NCBI GenBank assembly: GCA_039586365.1
Contig: JBDHKN010000001.1
Location: 32,001 to 96,000, forward strand
Source: Gemmatimonadota bacterium
Lineage (GTDB): Bacteria; Gemmatimonadota; Gemmatimonadetes; Gemmatimonadales; GWC2-71-9
Direction: 5' to 3'
Length of the DNA: 64,000 nt
Shown: positions 20,198 through 30,752 of the stretch, piece by piece
Layout: each line of letters opens with the position of its first letter
Position numbering within the stretch: the stretch's first letter is position 1
Notes under the pieces: model-generated
What the model saw: only the letters and a program-made list of their open reading frames with translations
The model's database searches: none
What the model was told of the DNA's origin: nothing
Translations under genes and position numbers: made by a program

Positions 20198-21550
20198 ATG
20201 AATCAACAACAACAGCCCGCCGTCAAGGACGACTATCTGTCTCAGTTCAAGGCACTGTCGAGTAACGGAGCGGAGGGAACGCCCCACTGGTTGCAGGTCA
20301 TTCGTGGTGCAGCAATGGAGCAGTTTGGCGCTACAGGTTTTCCTGACTCAGGGGATGAGCGGTGGCGCTTCACCAGCATGAGGCGCCTGACAGAGGCGAC
20401 GTTCAATCTGGCTGCCGCTGATACGGAGAGGATGACCCGGGCGGACGTCGGTAGACATGTCCTCCCTTCAAGTGCCGACCAGTGCCTTGTCTTCGTCAAC
20501 GGGCGCTTTTCTGCAGATCTGTCTTCGTTAGGGGGTCTTCCCGAGGGTGTTGTTGCTACCAGCATTTGTACCGCAACAAGATCCGATCTCAAGTTGGCAG
20601 AGCGTCATTTAGCCAAATACGCGCGGCCCGGTGACAATCCCTTCACAGCGCTCAGTACCGCATTCATTGTCGATGGTGGGTTCCTGTTCATCCCCCCAAA
20701 TGTGGTCCTTGATAAGCCAATCCAGTTACTGTTCCTGTCTGTCGCTACGAAGACACCGTCGGTTTCACATCCACGCTGTTTGGTTGTAGCAGATGGAGGC
20801 TCGGCTGCATCAGTGGTGGAGGTCTACGCTGGTCACGGACCCGGTGAGTATTGGACGAACTCGGTGACCGAAGCGGTGGTCGGCGAGAAGGCCCGGTTAG
20901 AAACGTATCGAATTCAACAGGAGAGCGATCAGGCGCATCACACTGCGACGACGCAGTCATATCAAGCGCGGGATAGCGTGTACGGACTGACGACCGTCGA
21001 GCTGGGTGCACTGCTATCCCGGCACGACATCAACGCGGTCCTTGATGGAGAGGGTGCTGAATGCCATCTGTATGGCTTGTCGCAGTTGCGGGGCCGTCAA
21101 CACGTCGACCACCACACCACGATTGAACACGCCAAACCGCACTGTAACAGCTGGGAGTACTTCAACGGTATCTATGACGATAGGTCGCGAGGTGTCTTTA
21201 CGGGTAGGATCGTAGTGCGGCCTGGCGCGCAGCAGACTGACTCGAAGCAGACCAACAACAACCTGTTACTGTCGGACGCTGCACGTGCGGATAGCCAACC
21301 GCAGCTCGAAATCTACGCTGATGATGTGAAGTGCACACACGGAGCTACCCTTGGACCAGTTGATGACAGGGCGCTCTTCTACTTTCAGAGCCGTGGCATA
21401 GATGCTGAGACGGCACGTAACCTCGTCACGTACGGTTTCGGTGTCGAGATTCTGAACAAGATTGGCATAGGCGAGCTTCGGCAACGCCTTGACGACGTGC
21501 TTCACGCGAGATTGGAGGAAGGTGCGCAACGCCGGCGCATGAAACGATGA
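20198..21550 (+). CDS. sufD: Fe-S assembly protein SufD
   Basis: ERWRFT, PQLEIYADDVKCTHGAT, FYFQSRGI. Confidence 0.95.
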   Translation: MNQQQQPAVKDDYLSQFKALSSNGAEGTPHWLQVIRGAAMEQFGATGFPDSGDERWRFTSMRRLTEATFNLAAADTERMTRADVGRHVLPSSADQCLVFVNGRFSADLSSLGGLPEGVVATSICTATRSDLKLAERHLAKYARPGDNPFTALSTAFIVDGGFLFIPPNVVLDKPIQLLFLSVATKTPSVSHPRCLVVADGGSAASVVEVYAGHGPGEYWTNSVTEAVVGEKARLETYRIQQESDQAHHTATTQSYQARDSVYGLTTVELGALLSRHDINAVLDGEGAECHLYGLSQLRGRQHVDHHTTIEHAKPHCNSWEYFNGIYDDRSRGVFTGRIVVRPGAQQTDSKQTNNNLLLSDAARADSQPQLEIYADDVKCTHGATLGPVDDRALFYFQSRGIDAETARNLVTYGFGVEILNKIGIGELRQRLDDVLHARLEEGAQRRRMKR

Positions 21551-22815
21551 CGGTTGCGTCACAGAAGGCCTCAGACAGTAGGCCTGACTCGTCGTTGGAC
21601 ATCCAACGTGTGCGTGAGGACTTCCCCATCCTGCACACAGAGGTTCGTGGGAAGCCACTGGTGTACCTCGACAACGCCGCTACAAGCCAAAAGCCGCGTC
21701 ACGTGATTGACAGGCTGTCGCGCTTCTTCCAGGAGGAGAACGCCAACATACATCGAGGTGTGTACTACCTCAGCGAGAGGGCTACAGCGGCGTACGAACT
21801 AGCGCGGGAGAAGATGCGCAGTTTCTTGAATGCTCCCGATTCCAGGGAGATCGTTTTTGTGCGTGGGACGACGGAGGCGATCAATTTGGTAGCTTGCAGC
21901 TTTGGGCGTGGAAGACTCAGTGCTGGGGACGAAATCGTGATTTCGGCTATGGAACACCACTCCAACATTGTCCCCTGGCAGCTTCTTTGTGAGTCAAGCG
22001 GGGCCACGCTGCGAGTAGCTCCGATGGATGACACGGGCACGTTGCTGCTAGACGACTACAAGAGACTTCTTGGCCCTAAAACGAAACTGGTGGCATTGGT
22101 CCATGTATCCAACTCTCTGGGTACTGTCAATCCGGTGAAGGTGATGGTGGAGCTGGCGAAGGAGTGGGAAATCCCTGTGTTGCTGGATGGGGCACAGGCT
22201 GCACCACACCAACCGATCGACGTTCAGGATCTTGGGTGTGATTTCTATGCCCTGTCCGGTCACAAGATGTTCGGTCCGACGGGGATCGGTGTTCTGTTCG
22301 GTCGCCTGGAGATGTTGGAGGGGATGCCGCCGTATCAGGGTGGTGGCGAGATGATCAGGTCAGTCACGTTTGAACGCACTACATATGCGCCTCCACCGGC
22401 TAAGTTTGAAGCTGGTACCCCTGACATTGCTGGAGCCATAGGCCTTGGTGCGACGGTCGACTACTTGGAGGGTATTGGCTGGGGCTCTATTCAGAGGCAT
22501 GAGCAACGGCTCTTGTCCTACGCTCTGGATCAGCTGGTGACGGTTCCGGGGATCCGGATGATAGGGTCGGCAACGTCGAGAGCTAGTGTCGTATCTTTTG
22601 TGATGGACGGGATACACGCTCATGATCTTGGCACGATCCTGGATCAAGCAGGTGTAGCGATTCGCACAGGACACCACTGCACACAACCGGTAATGGATTT
22701 CTTCGGGGTGCCCGCGACGGCGCGTGCCTCGTTTGCCTTCTACAACACTCTTGAAGAGGTTGATGTGCTAGTCCATGCACTGACGGAAGCGCGGAGAGTC
22801 TTTGGGTTATGCTAG
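21547..22815 (+). CDS. sufS: Cysteine desulfurase SufS
   Basis: YLDNAATSQKP, EHHSNIVPW, SGHKMFGPTG, RTGHHC. Confidence 0.96.
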   Translation: MTVASQKASDSRPDSSLDIQRVREDFPILHTEVRGKPLVYLDNAATSQKPRHVIDRLSRFFQEENANIHRGVYYLSERATAAYELAREKMRSFLNAPDSREIVFVRGTTEAINLVACSFGRGRLSAGDEIVISAMEHHSNIVPWQLLCESSGATLRVAPMDDTGTLLLDDYKRLLGPKTKLVALVHVSNSLGTVNPVKVMVELAKEWEIPVLLDGAQAAPHQPIDVQDLGCDFYALSGHKMFGPTGIGVLFGRLEMLEGMPPYQGGGEMIRSVTFERTTYAPPPAKFEAGTPDIAGAIGLGATVDYLEGIGWGSIQRHEQRLLSYALDQLVTVPGIRMIGSATSRASVVSFVMDGIHAHDLGTILDQAGVAIRTGHHCTQPVMDFFGVPATARASFAFYNTLEEVDVLVHALTEARRVFGLC

Positions 22816-23255
22816 ATTTGCGGGATCTCTACCAGCAAACCATCCTCGATCACAACAGGAGGCCTCGTAACTATCGCGAGATTGACGACGCGGACCGTGT
22901 GGCTAGCGGAGACAACCCCCTTTGCGGTGACAAAGTGACAGTCTACTTGAAGATCGAGGACGATATCATCACAGATGTGAGTTTTTCAGGCTCAGGTTGT
23001 GCTATCTCGCAGGCCTCAGCCTCGCTGATGACGACGTCAGTCATGGGAAAGTCCAGTGCTGAGGCAAAGCAACTGCTCGTACAGTTTCAGACAATGGTAA
23101 CCGGCGAGGTTCAGGGAGACGGTGAGGGCTTAGGGAAGCTTGCGGCTTTTTCGGGTGTTCGCGAGTTTCCCGCCCGCGTGAAATGCGCCAACCTTGCCTG
23201 GCATACCCTTCGCGCAGCCCTGGAAGCTGAGACTGAACCTATCACGACCGAGTGA
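22809..23255 (+). CDS. sufU: SUF system NifU-family protein SufU
   Basis: NPLCGD, GCAISQAS, PARVKCA. Confidence 0.95.
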   Translation: MLDLRDLYQQTILDHNRRPRNYREIDDADRVASGDNPLCGDKVTVYLKIEDDIITDVSFSGSGCAISQASASLMTTSVMGKSSAEAKQLLVQFQTMVTGEVQGDGEGLGKLAAFSGVREFPARVKCANLAWHTLRAALEAETEPITTE

Positions 23256-23303
23256 CACAGGGATCTTGAGGCGACGCAACTGTGAGAATCAGGGAGACGT
23301 GGC

Positions 23304-23645
23304 ATGAGTGATGAAGGATTTGAACGCGTTGCATCAGTGGACGACCTAGACGAAGGTACTCCGATGAGCGTGGAACTGGGCAATGGTGAGCAAGTTTGCT
23401 TGATCAAGCTGGGGGCCGAGGTCTACGGGATATCCAACAACTGTCCCCACGCGGACTTCCCCATGTCCGATGGCGAAATGGTGGACGACTTCATTATAGA
23501 GTGCGGTCTCCACGGAGCTCAGTTCGATGTGCGTGATGGGAGTGTAGTCGAGCTGCCTGCGGCCGAACCTGTCACCTGCTACGAAGTAAGGGTGGAGGCC
23601 CGGGACGTGTTGATCAGACCCGGTGGGTTGGTGGGTAGGGACTAG
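23304..23645 (+). CDS. Rieske-type ferredoxin
   Basis: CPH...CGLHGAQFD [2Fe-2S] ligands. Confidence 0.9.
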   Translation: MSDEGFERVASVDDLDEGTPMSVELGNGEQVCLIKLGAEVYGISNNCPHADFPMSDGEMVDDFIIECGLHGAQFDVRDGSVVELPAAEPVTCYEVRVEARDVLIRPGGLVGRD

Positions 23646-24307
23646 AGCGATTCGGTGGGCATCGTCCTCTTGCACTGGTATGCAACCGACGAGACCAACT
23701 GGGAGGACATAGGTGAAACGACGGCGCGAACCAGCCCGAGTTCCCTCCAGATTGCCACGTTGTAGCCATTCGCAGATTCCGTTCGCACATTATCCTCTGC
23801 AATACTCTCACTCATCGTGCTCGCCGTGGGTAGGACAATAAAGGTCAGCGGTTTACCGTGCATGGTGTAGGCGACTGCGGCCGCGCTCGCGCCGTCAAGG
23901 ACCGCGATCCTTCCGCCAACGAGTGAAGCGCCGGTGATATGCGGGACCTCCACAGCGTAGCCGACGTGAAGCTGGAGCCATTCCCCCACTTCGTCCCCAT
24001 TTGAGCTGGAGAGGGATTCAATGGTGGTCAGACTGGCCAGTGCTGTGGCAAAGAGGGAGTCGCTGGCGGGGACGGCGGATCTGGGCGGGGTGATCGGATG
24101 GAGCATCACGATTATCAACGCGGCAAGCCCAGCAACGGGGAGCAGCCAGCGCGTCGGCTTACCGGACAGCAAGAACGTGCTGCGCGAGGGAGGGCGGGAC
24201 CGAGTGCTGAGGCGGCGCTCAGCATCAAGCGATGCCAAGATGCGCTGCCACAATTCGACCGGGGCTGGCTGCGTACCGAGATTGCTCAGTCGCTCAGATA
24301 TCTTCAC
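23642..24307 (-). CDS. Transmembrane anti-sigma-factor-like protein, N-terminally short or degenerate
   Basis: AP.EL..RI..L, single TM, then W....G...EVP...GASLVGGRI..LDG..AA...Y; no HxxxCxxC motif. Confidence 0.6.
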   Translation of the reverse strand: MKISERLSNLGTQPAPVELWQRILASLDAERRLSTRSRPPSRSTFLLSGKPTRWLLPVAGLAALIIVMLHPITPPRSAVPASDSLFATALASLTTIESLSSSNGDEVGEWLQLHVGYAVEVPHITGASLVGGRIAVLDGASAAAVAYTMHGKPLTFIVLPTASTMSESIAEDNVRTESANGYNVAIWRELGLVRAVVSPMSSQLVSSVAYQCKRTMPTESL

Positions 24308-24510
24308 GTGGTCACAGGTTCATCTGAGAGTCATGATCGTCGCGCTCCACTCGTGGAGAGACGAGCAGAGACGGGCCGGGCCAACGGTTGGGCTCAGGCG
24401 TCCTCGTCTAGCTTCCGGACCTGCTATACTTAACCGCCGGCGGTTTGACAAGGTTCCTGGGTTAAGCGTGAGTCCATCCGTCAGCGTGATTGATAGAGAA
24501 GGGTTCGGGT

Positions 24511-25473
24511 ATGTCTGACCAATTCGCCGTGGAGCTAAAGGGGATCACCAAGCGTTACTCTGGCCATACGGCAGTGAAGGATCTGGATCTAAGAGTCCCA
24601 AAGGGTTCCGTATACGGTCTCTTGGGGCCAAACGGGGCGGGGAAGACGACGACCATAAGAATGATCATGAATATCATTGGGCCTGACGCCGGAGAGGTGA
24701 GAGTCCTCGGCCAGGGCAGGGGCGGTCGCGATCTGAGTCACCGTGTCGGGTATCTGCCGGAGGAACGCGGACTCTACAAGAAGATGAAGCTACTCGACTT
24801 GCTGGTGTTTCTCGCACAGATCAAAGGTGTCGATCGTATTAAAGCTAGAAGAGGATCCATTGAGTGGCTGGAGCGGTTGGGGTTGAGTGACTGGGTGGAG
24901 AAGAAGATCGACGACCTGTCGAAGGGAATGCAGCAGAAGGTCCAGTTCATCTCGACGATGTTGCACAATCCGGAGTTGGTGATCCTGGACGAGCCGTTCG
25001 CTGGCCTGGACCCAGTAAACACTCAGGTGATGAAGGACATCGTGGTCGACTTGTCAGAGAGAGGGACGACGACCCTGTTCTCGACTCACATCATGGAGCA
25101 AGCCGAGAAACTGTGCGACTCCGTATGCATTATTGCGCGGGGGACAAAAGTCGTGGACGGACCGCTGGCAGAGGTCAAGAAGGGACACAGAGGCCGGCAC
25201 GTCATTGTTGCGGTGGAGAGTGGCATGGATTCGGTTCGCAGACTCCTGGACGAACGTTCGGTAGTAGCCAAGGCCGATACCTACGGGCAATACGCTGAGC
25301 TGGAACTTGCTGAGGGAGCTGATCCCCAAACGCTACTCAAGAACCTGGTTCAGGCTGGTGCCAGGGTGACACGATTCGAAATCGCAGAGCCAACCCTGAA
25401 CAAGATCTTCATTGACCTTGTGGGACCGGAAGCGGCAACCGCACGGGCGAAGGGGGACTTCGCCAATGCGTAA
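24511..25473 (+). CDS. ABC transporter ATP-binding protein (NatA-like)
   Basis: GPNGAGKTT, LSKGMQQK, LDEPF, STH. Confidence 0.95.
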   Translation: MSDQFAVELKGITKRYSGHTAVKDLDLRVPKGSVYGLLGPNGAGKTTTIRMIMNIIGPDAGEVRVLGQGRGGRDLSHRVGYLPEERGLYKKMKLLDLLVFLAQIKGVDRIKARRGSIEWLERLGLSDWVEKKIDDLSKGMQQKVQFISTMLHNPELVILDEPFAGLDPVNTQVMKDIVVDLSERGTTTLFSTHIMEQAEKLCDSVCIIARGTKVVDGPLAEVKKGHRGRHVIVAVESGMDSVRRLLDERSVVAKADTYGQYAELELAEGADPQTLLKNLVQAGARVTRFEIAEPTLNKIFIDLVGPEAATARAKGDFANA

Positions 25474-26743
25474 GATCTGGGTCGTTGTGCAACGAGAGTT
25501 CCTCGCCAGAGTGCGCACGAAGTGGTTTGTGGTGACGACGGTAGTGGGTCCGTTGTTGATGGCTGTCATAATTGTGATGCCAATTGTAATGGCCTCGAAC
25601 GGTGGCCGCGAACGATCGATCGCGATTGTGGACGTGACGTTGGATGGATTCGGCGAGCGTCTGACGCTGATGCTGGGTGCACCTGGGCCCCTGAGGGCGA
25701 GGCGTTTGAACGTGGGCGTAGCCGAACTGGCTCGAGTCGCGGATTCTCTGGCTGGGGTAGTGGGTCGCAAGGAGTTGGACGGTTTCCTCATTGTCACCGA
25801 CGAGACCCTACAAGACGGTCGTGCGGAATACCGTGGCTCCAACGCTTCGGCACAGATCGATATGGACATACTCCGCAGAAGGTTGAGCGAGGCGCTGCTG
25901 ACGGAGAGGCTGGACCGAGTGGGCGTCGACCCGACGCTAGTAGCACAAGCCCGCATTCCGGTCGAAATGCGGGCTGTCAATATCCGTGGCGGCCAAGCGA
26001 CGGGCGAATCAGGTGAGTCGATGTTCTGGTTAGCGTACATCATGTGGTTCCTGCTCTACATGGCAATCCTTGTCTACGGCGTGCAGGTGATGGGTGCGGT
26101 TGTGGAGGAGAAGACCACTAGGATAGTCGAGGTCCTAGTGTCGAGCCTACGTCCCTTCGAACTGCTGGCAGGCAAGGTAATCGGCGTCGGAGCGGTGGGT
26201 CTGTTTCAGTTGTCTATCTGGGCTGTCATAGCGCGTCTACTGCTGGCCCGACCCGAGCTGGTCGCTAGGTTGATCGGACTGGATATCGGTTCGGCTCAGG
26301 GCCTTGCTCTCCCTGAGATCCCCTCTGCTACGATCTCCGTAATGCTTGTGTTCTTCATTCTCGGCTATTTCCTGTACGCTTCGATGTTTGCTGCTGTAGC
26401 TGCGATGTCGAGTACCGAGGCCGAAGCGCGACAGGCGCAGACACCGGTCACTTTGTTGTTGGTGATCCCAGCGATAATGTCGCTTATGGCCATGATCAGC
26501 GAGCCTGATGGCAAGATGTTCGTCGCTCTCACGCTAATTCCTCTGAGTGCGCCGATTGCGATGCCGGGGCGTTGGGTCGTGTCGGATGTGCCGTTGCTCC
26601 AGCTTTACGGTTCGATCGTTCTGCTAATCGTCGCGACGATTTTCGTAACGTGGGTTGCGGGACGAATCTACCGCGTCGGCATTTTGATGCACGGGAAGCG
26701 ACCGAGCCCAGCTGAGGTCTGGAGGTGGGTGAGGAGCACCTAG
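25466..26743 (+). CDS. ABC-2 type permease (NatB-like)
   Basis: REF..RVR, VVEEKTTRIVEVL, GKVIG, RIYRVGIL.GK. Confidence 0.93.
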   Translation: MRKIWVVVQREFLARVRTKWFVVTTVVGPLLMAVIIVMPIVMASNGGRERSIAIVDVTLDGFGERLTLMLGAPGPLRARRLNVGVAELARVADSLAGVVGRKELDGFLIVTDETLQDGRAEYRGSNASAQIDMDILRRRLSEALLTERLDRVGVDPTLVAQARIPVEMRAVNIRGGQATGESGESMFWLAYIMWFLLYMAILVYGVQVMGAVVEEKTTRIVEVLVSSLRPFELLAGKVIGVGAVGLFQLSIWAVIARLLLARPELVARLIGLDIGSAQGLALPEIPSATISVMLVFFILGYFLYASMFAAVAAMSSTEAEARQAQTPVTLLLVIPAIMSLMAMISEPDGKMFVALTLIPLSAPIAMPGRWVVSDVPLLQLYGSIVLLIVATIFVTWVAGRIYRVGILMHGKRPSPAEVWRWVRST

Positions 26744-26986
26744 TCTCGTCTGACGGTTTCAATCCCGGGTGCACTAGCATTCCTGGAATCGCGGTTCCGC
26801 GGGATAGGATTGGCAGCCGGTTCCCGAGCCGTTTTCTCAAGTTGTGTTGGTGAGAAGCGTCTGCTTCCCTGCTATCAACCATCGTCACACGACTGCGAGG
26901 CGGGAGACACTTGCCGCGGTAGCTGCCATCCGCGTGTGGTCACCTAGCTAGGCAGCCGTGCGCCCATGCGACTATCTTCCCCCCTC

Positions 26987-28861
26987 ATGTTGCCCAGTTA
27001 CGATGTGATTGTGATCGGCGGTGGCCATGCAGGTGCCGAAGCTGCGTGCGCTGCTTCCCGGTTCGGCCTACGCGTCTTGTTGCTCACGTCCAATCTGGAG
27101 ACGATTGGGCAAATGTCGTGCAATCCAGCCATTGGGGGGATTGCCAAGGGGACTCTGGTGCGTGAGATAGATGCGATGGGTGGTGTGATGGGTCGTGCGG
27201 CGGATCGTGCGATGATTCAATTCAGGATGCTCAACCGATCAAAAGGTCCCGCGGTCTGGGCGCCACGGGCGCAGTGCGACCGAGGTCTGTACCGCCGTGC
27301 CGTGCGGAGTCTGCTGGAGGAGCAGCCGACCCTGGAGCTGTATCAAGGCACTGTCGCGTCACTGTTGTTTAGTGGCGCCACGGTGAGAGGGGTAACGACC
27401 ACAGATGGTAGTAGGGTTCTGGGAAGGACGGTGGTCCTAACGGCGGGGACATTCCTGCGAGGCGAGATCCATCTTGGCACGGATACGAGAATCGCAGGCG
27501 GACGCGCAGGGGATCCTGCCGTGGTGGACCTCGCTGAACAACTGGAGGCGATGGGACTTCGTGTCGACCGGTTCAAGACGGGGACCCCCCCGAGAATCGA
27601 CTCGCGTTCTGTGGACCTGAGTCGGTTGCAGAGACAGGACGGGGAGTCCCAGGCCTATCGGTTTTCGCAGTTCGTCCAGGCGGATCGTCCCGAGCAACGT
27701 CCGTGCTGGATAACGTGGGCGGGTGCCGAAGTACGCGCAGTCATCGAACGTCACCTGAACGAGTCAGCCCTCTACGGAGGTGCGATTTCTGGACGGGGAC
27801 CAAGATACTGTCCTTCAATAGAAGACAAGATTGTGCGGTTCCCGGACGCAGGACGCCACCAGGTGTTTCTCGAGCCGGAGGGACTCGACACCACGGAGCT
27901 GTACGTCAACGGGCTCTCCACCTCGCTGCCGCTTGCGGTGCAACAGGAGTATCTGCGAGCAGTGCCAGGATTGGAGCAGGTGCGGATGACTCGGCCGGGC
28001 TACGCGATTGAGTACGACTACTATCCACCGGACCAACTCAAGCCGTGGCTGGAGGCGAAGACCCTGGAGGGGTTGTTCTTCGCGGGCCAGATCAATGGGA
28101 CGACCGGTTATGAAGAGGCAGGTGCACAAGGAGTCGTCGCTGGCATCAACGCCGCCAACCGAGTCCGGGGCAGAGAACCTTTTGTGCTGGGGCGGGACGA
28201 CGCCTATATGGGAGTGCTGGTGGACGACCTGGTCACCCGCGGAGTGGACGAACCGTATCGCATGTTCACTTCGCGAGCAGAGTTTCGCCTCCTGCTGCGT
28301 CAGGACAACGCTCTGAGGCGTGTGGGGCAGACGGCGCGGGATCTAGGGATGCTCCACGAGGCAGAGGAGGAGGTCCTAGAGCGGCGGTTGGACGAAGAGA
28401 GTCTGTTGCTCTCGCTGGCGCGCGAAACGGCGATTGATGCGGAAGCTGCCAACCGGCTTCTTAGGGCGGTAGGGGAGACATGTGTCGACGAAGCCCAGCG
28501 CATTGCGGTGCTCACTCGCCGTCCTCGCGTGGCACTCCGCGACCTGGCAGAAGCTGCTTGCTCGAGTTTGCCAGAGTGCTCGGAGGACGCGTGGATTTCG
28601 ACTGAGATTGAACTCAAGTACGTCGGGTATCTGGAGCGCGAGCGGCGAGCGGTGCGCAAGCTGGAAGAGTTGGTCGATTTCAGACTGCCGTTTGATCTGC
28701 CGTATCAACGTCTTAGCAGTCTAAGCACGGAAGCTCGTCAGAAGCTGGATCACATACGTCCGGAGTCGCTTGCGCAGGCAAGCCGAATCCCTGGGGTATC
28801 GCCAGCAGATCTTCAGAACCTGGTTCTTGAGGTGTTGCGGCACGGGCAGAACGTGGCGTAG
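26987..28861 (+). CDS. mnmG: tRNA U34 modification enzyme MnmG (GidA)
   Basis: GGGHAG, MSCNPAIGG, KTGTPPR, GPRYCPSIEDK, AGQINGTTGYEEA. Confidence 0.98.
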   Translation: MLPSYDVIVIGGGHAGAEAACAASRFGLRVLLLTSNLETIGQMSCNPAIGGIAKGTLVREIDAMGGVMGRAADRAMIQFRMLNRSKGPAVWAPRAQCDRGLYRRAVRSLLEEQPTLELYQGTVASLLFSGATVRGVTTTDGSRVLGRTVVLTAGTFLRGEIHLGTDTRIAGGRAGDPAVVDLAEQLEAMGLRVDRFKTGTPPRIDSRSVDLSRLQRQDGESQAYRFSQFVQADRPEQRPCWITWAGAEVRAVIERHLNESALYGGAISGRGPRYCPSIEDKIVRFPDAGRHQVFLEPEGLDTTELYVNGLSTSLPLAVQQEYLRAVPGLEQVRMTRPGYAIEYDYYPPDQLKPWLEAKTLEGLFFAGQINGTTGYEEAGAQGVVAGINAANRVRGREPFVLGRDDAYMGVLVDDLVTRGVDEPYRMFTSRAEFRLLLRQDNALRRVGQTARDLGMLHEAEEEVLERRLDEESLLLSLARETAIDAEAANRLLRAVGETCVDEAQRIAVLTRRPRVALRDLAEAACSSLPECSEDAWISTEIELKYVGYLERERRAVRKLEELVDFRLPFDLPYQRLSSLSTEARQKLDHIRPESLAQASRIPGVSPADLQNLVLEVLRHGQNVA

Positions 28862-28869
28862 GGTTCAGC

Positions 28870-28885
28870 CGTTTCACGTGAAACA
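28870..28885. promoter_or_regulatory. parS: parS site 1
   Basis: CGTTTCACGTGAAACA, 15/16 match to TGTTTCACGTGAAACA, upstream of parAB. Confidence 0.93.
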
Positions 28886-28910
28886 ACTGAGAATCCAGAG
28901 GCGTACAACC

Positions 28911-28926
28911 TGTTTCACGTGGAACG
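28911..28926. promoter_or_regulatory. parS: parS site 2
   Basis: TGTTTCACGTGGAACG, 14/16 match. Confidence 0.88.
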
Positions 28927-29046
28927 CTCAACACTCCCCGTGCTTTACCGCTTCCAACCGCAACGATATATTCCCGCTCGACTTGGTTAGCACAGGGTGT
29001 CGGCCAGCAGTATCGTCAAGTTCTTGCCATCAAAGGATTTACGCCA

Positions 29047-29865
29047 ATGGGGAGAGTTGTCGCGGTCGCCAATCAAAAAGGTGGCGTTGGCAAAACCACC
29101 ACGGCGGTCAACCTTGCCGCGTCGTTAGCAGCAGCAGAATCGTCCACTTTGCTGGTTGATGCCGATCCCCAGGCCAACGCTACCAGTGGCATCGGGTTGG
29201 ACAAAAAAGCCATCGAGGCATCCATGTACGACGTCCTCATGGCCGGCGAGCCGCTGACTGATATTCTCCGGACGGTGGAGAACCTGCCGGCGCTGGAGGT
29301 AGCACCAGCGACTCAGGACCTTGTGGGTGCGGAGATCGAGCTGGTAAACAGGCCCGGTCGGGAGTCGTTCATGCGGCAGGCTCTGGAACCGTTGCGCGAC
29401 CGTTACGAGTTCGTATTGATCGACTGCCCTCCGTCTCTTGGGCTGCTCACTCTGAACATGCTCGCGACGGCGGACTCCGTCCTGATTCCGATCCAGTGCG
29501 AGTACTACGCCCTTGAGGGACTCTCTCAGCTACTCAATACCGTGAACCTCGTTCAACGGAATTTCAATCCAGATCTAGCAATAGAAGGCGTACTGCTGAC
29601 CATGTACGACCCGCGCCTGAACCTGTCCAGGCAGGTTAGTGTCGAAGCGCGCGAGTACTTCGGCGGAAAGGTCTACCGGACCGTGATTCCGCGCAATGTG
29701 CGACTTGCCGAGGCTCCGAGTTTCGGCAAGCCGATCATTCTTTACGACGTGAGATCGATCGGTGCCAAGAGCTATTTGTCATTGGCGCAGGAGTTCGCAG
29801 CTCGAGTAAGCGATCCTGGGCTGATCGACAGCCGCTCAGGGTTGGTGAGGCGGGTACCCGCATGA
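29047..29865 (+). CDS. parA: Chromosome partitioning ATPase ParA/Soj
   Basis: [40 protein letters not shown]. Confidence 0.97.
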   Translation: MGRVVAVANQKGGVGKTTTAVNLAASLAAAESSTLLVDADPQANATSGIGLDKKAIEASMYDVLMAGEPLTDILRTVENLPALEVAPATQDLVGAEIELVNRPGRESFMRQALEPLRDRYEFVLIDCPPSLGLLTLNMLATADSVLIPIQCEYYALEGLSQLLNTVNLVQRNFNPDLAIEGVLLTMYDPRLNLSRQVSVEAREYFGGKVYRTVIPRNVRLAEAPSFGKPIILYDVRSIGAKSYLSLAQEFAARVSDPGLIDSRSGLVRRVPA

Positions 29866-30752
29866 CCGCGCAGTCAAAACGCAGTCGCCTGGGACGAGGG
29901 TTAGAGGCGCTACTGGGGCCTGTGACGACCGAGGATGCAGAGGAGTCGGGTGAGTTGCTGCAGATCCCAGTGCAGGCCATACGACCCAATCCGTTCCAAC
30001 CGCGTCATGTTTTCGATGACGATGCAATCCAGGACCTAGCAAACTCGCTGCGCACCGCCGGATTGCTGCAGCCGATCGTGCTGCGTCCCACGAATGGTGG
30101 GACCTACGAGTTGATTGCAGGCGAGCGGCGTTGGCGAGCAGCGTTTGCTTTGGGCTGGGAACGTATCGGAGCAGTGATACGCGATGTTGATGACCGAACG
30201 CTCCTCACGCTGGCGTTGGTGGAGAATCTACAGCGTGATGCGCTCTCACCAATTGACGAAGCAAATGGCTACCGCCGACTCGTAGAGGACTTCAACGCGT
30301 CGCAGAGTGAGGTTGCCGAGCTTGTCGGCCGGGATCGGTCCACCGTAGCAAACGCGCTGCGCTTGCTCAAGCTACCACCGAGCGTGCAACAGATGGTCCA
30401 CCGCGGAGAGCTGGACATGGGACATGCCAGGGCACTGCTCCAACTCACCGATGGTTCACGGATGGAGCGCCTTGCTCTTGCCGTGATCGAGCAAGGCTTG
30501 TCTGTGCGGGAAACCGAAGCGCAGGCGCGCGATCGCAGGGTGCCTCGGCGGAGGGAGAGAACACCAAAGAGCGGTCGCAAGATCTCACCGGAGGCGCGGC
30601 GCGTTGAGGATTCACTGCGGAAGTATCTCGGCACCGACGTATTCGTTACCGAGAGGGCAAATGGCAGCGGTCGCTTGGCGATCAGTTTCTACTCCAACTC
30701 CGACCTCGCTCGCCTACTGGAACTGCTGTTGGGCGAGCCATTCCAAGGATGA
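29862..30752 (+). CDS. parB: Chromosome partitioning protein ParB/Spo0J
   Basis: [41 protein letters not shown]. Confidence 0.97.
   Translation: MTAQSKRSRLGRGLEALLGPVTTEDAEESGELLQIPVQAIRPNPFQPRHVFDDDAIQDLANSLRTAGLLQPIVLRPTNGGTYELIAGERRWRAAFALGWERIGAVIRDVDDRTLLTLALVENLQRDALSPIDEANGYRRLVEDFNASQSEVAELVGRDRSTVANALRLLKLPPSVQQMVHRGELDMGHARALLQLTDGSRMERLALAVIEQGLSVRETEAQARDRRVPRRRERTPKSGRKISPEARRVEDSLRKYLGTDVFVTERANGSGRLAISFYSNSDLARLLELLLGEPFQG

Noticed and set aside
24317..24335. In-frame TGA (MTLR*TC) as selenocysteine
   Set aside because: No redox motif context or evident SECIS; degeneration is the simpler explanation.
24405..24428. Minus-strand CAGGTCCGGAAG resembling the SRP RNA core
   Set aside because: The following GAAGCAGC and the enclosing long stem are absent.
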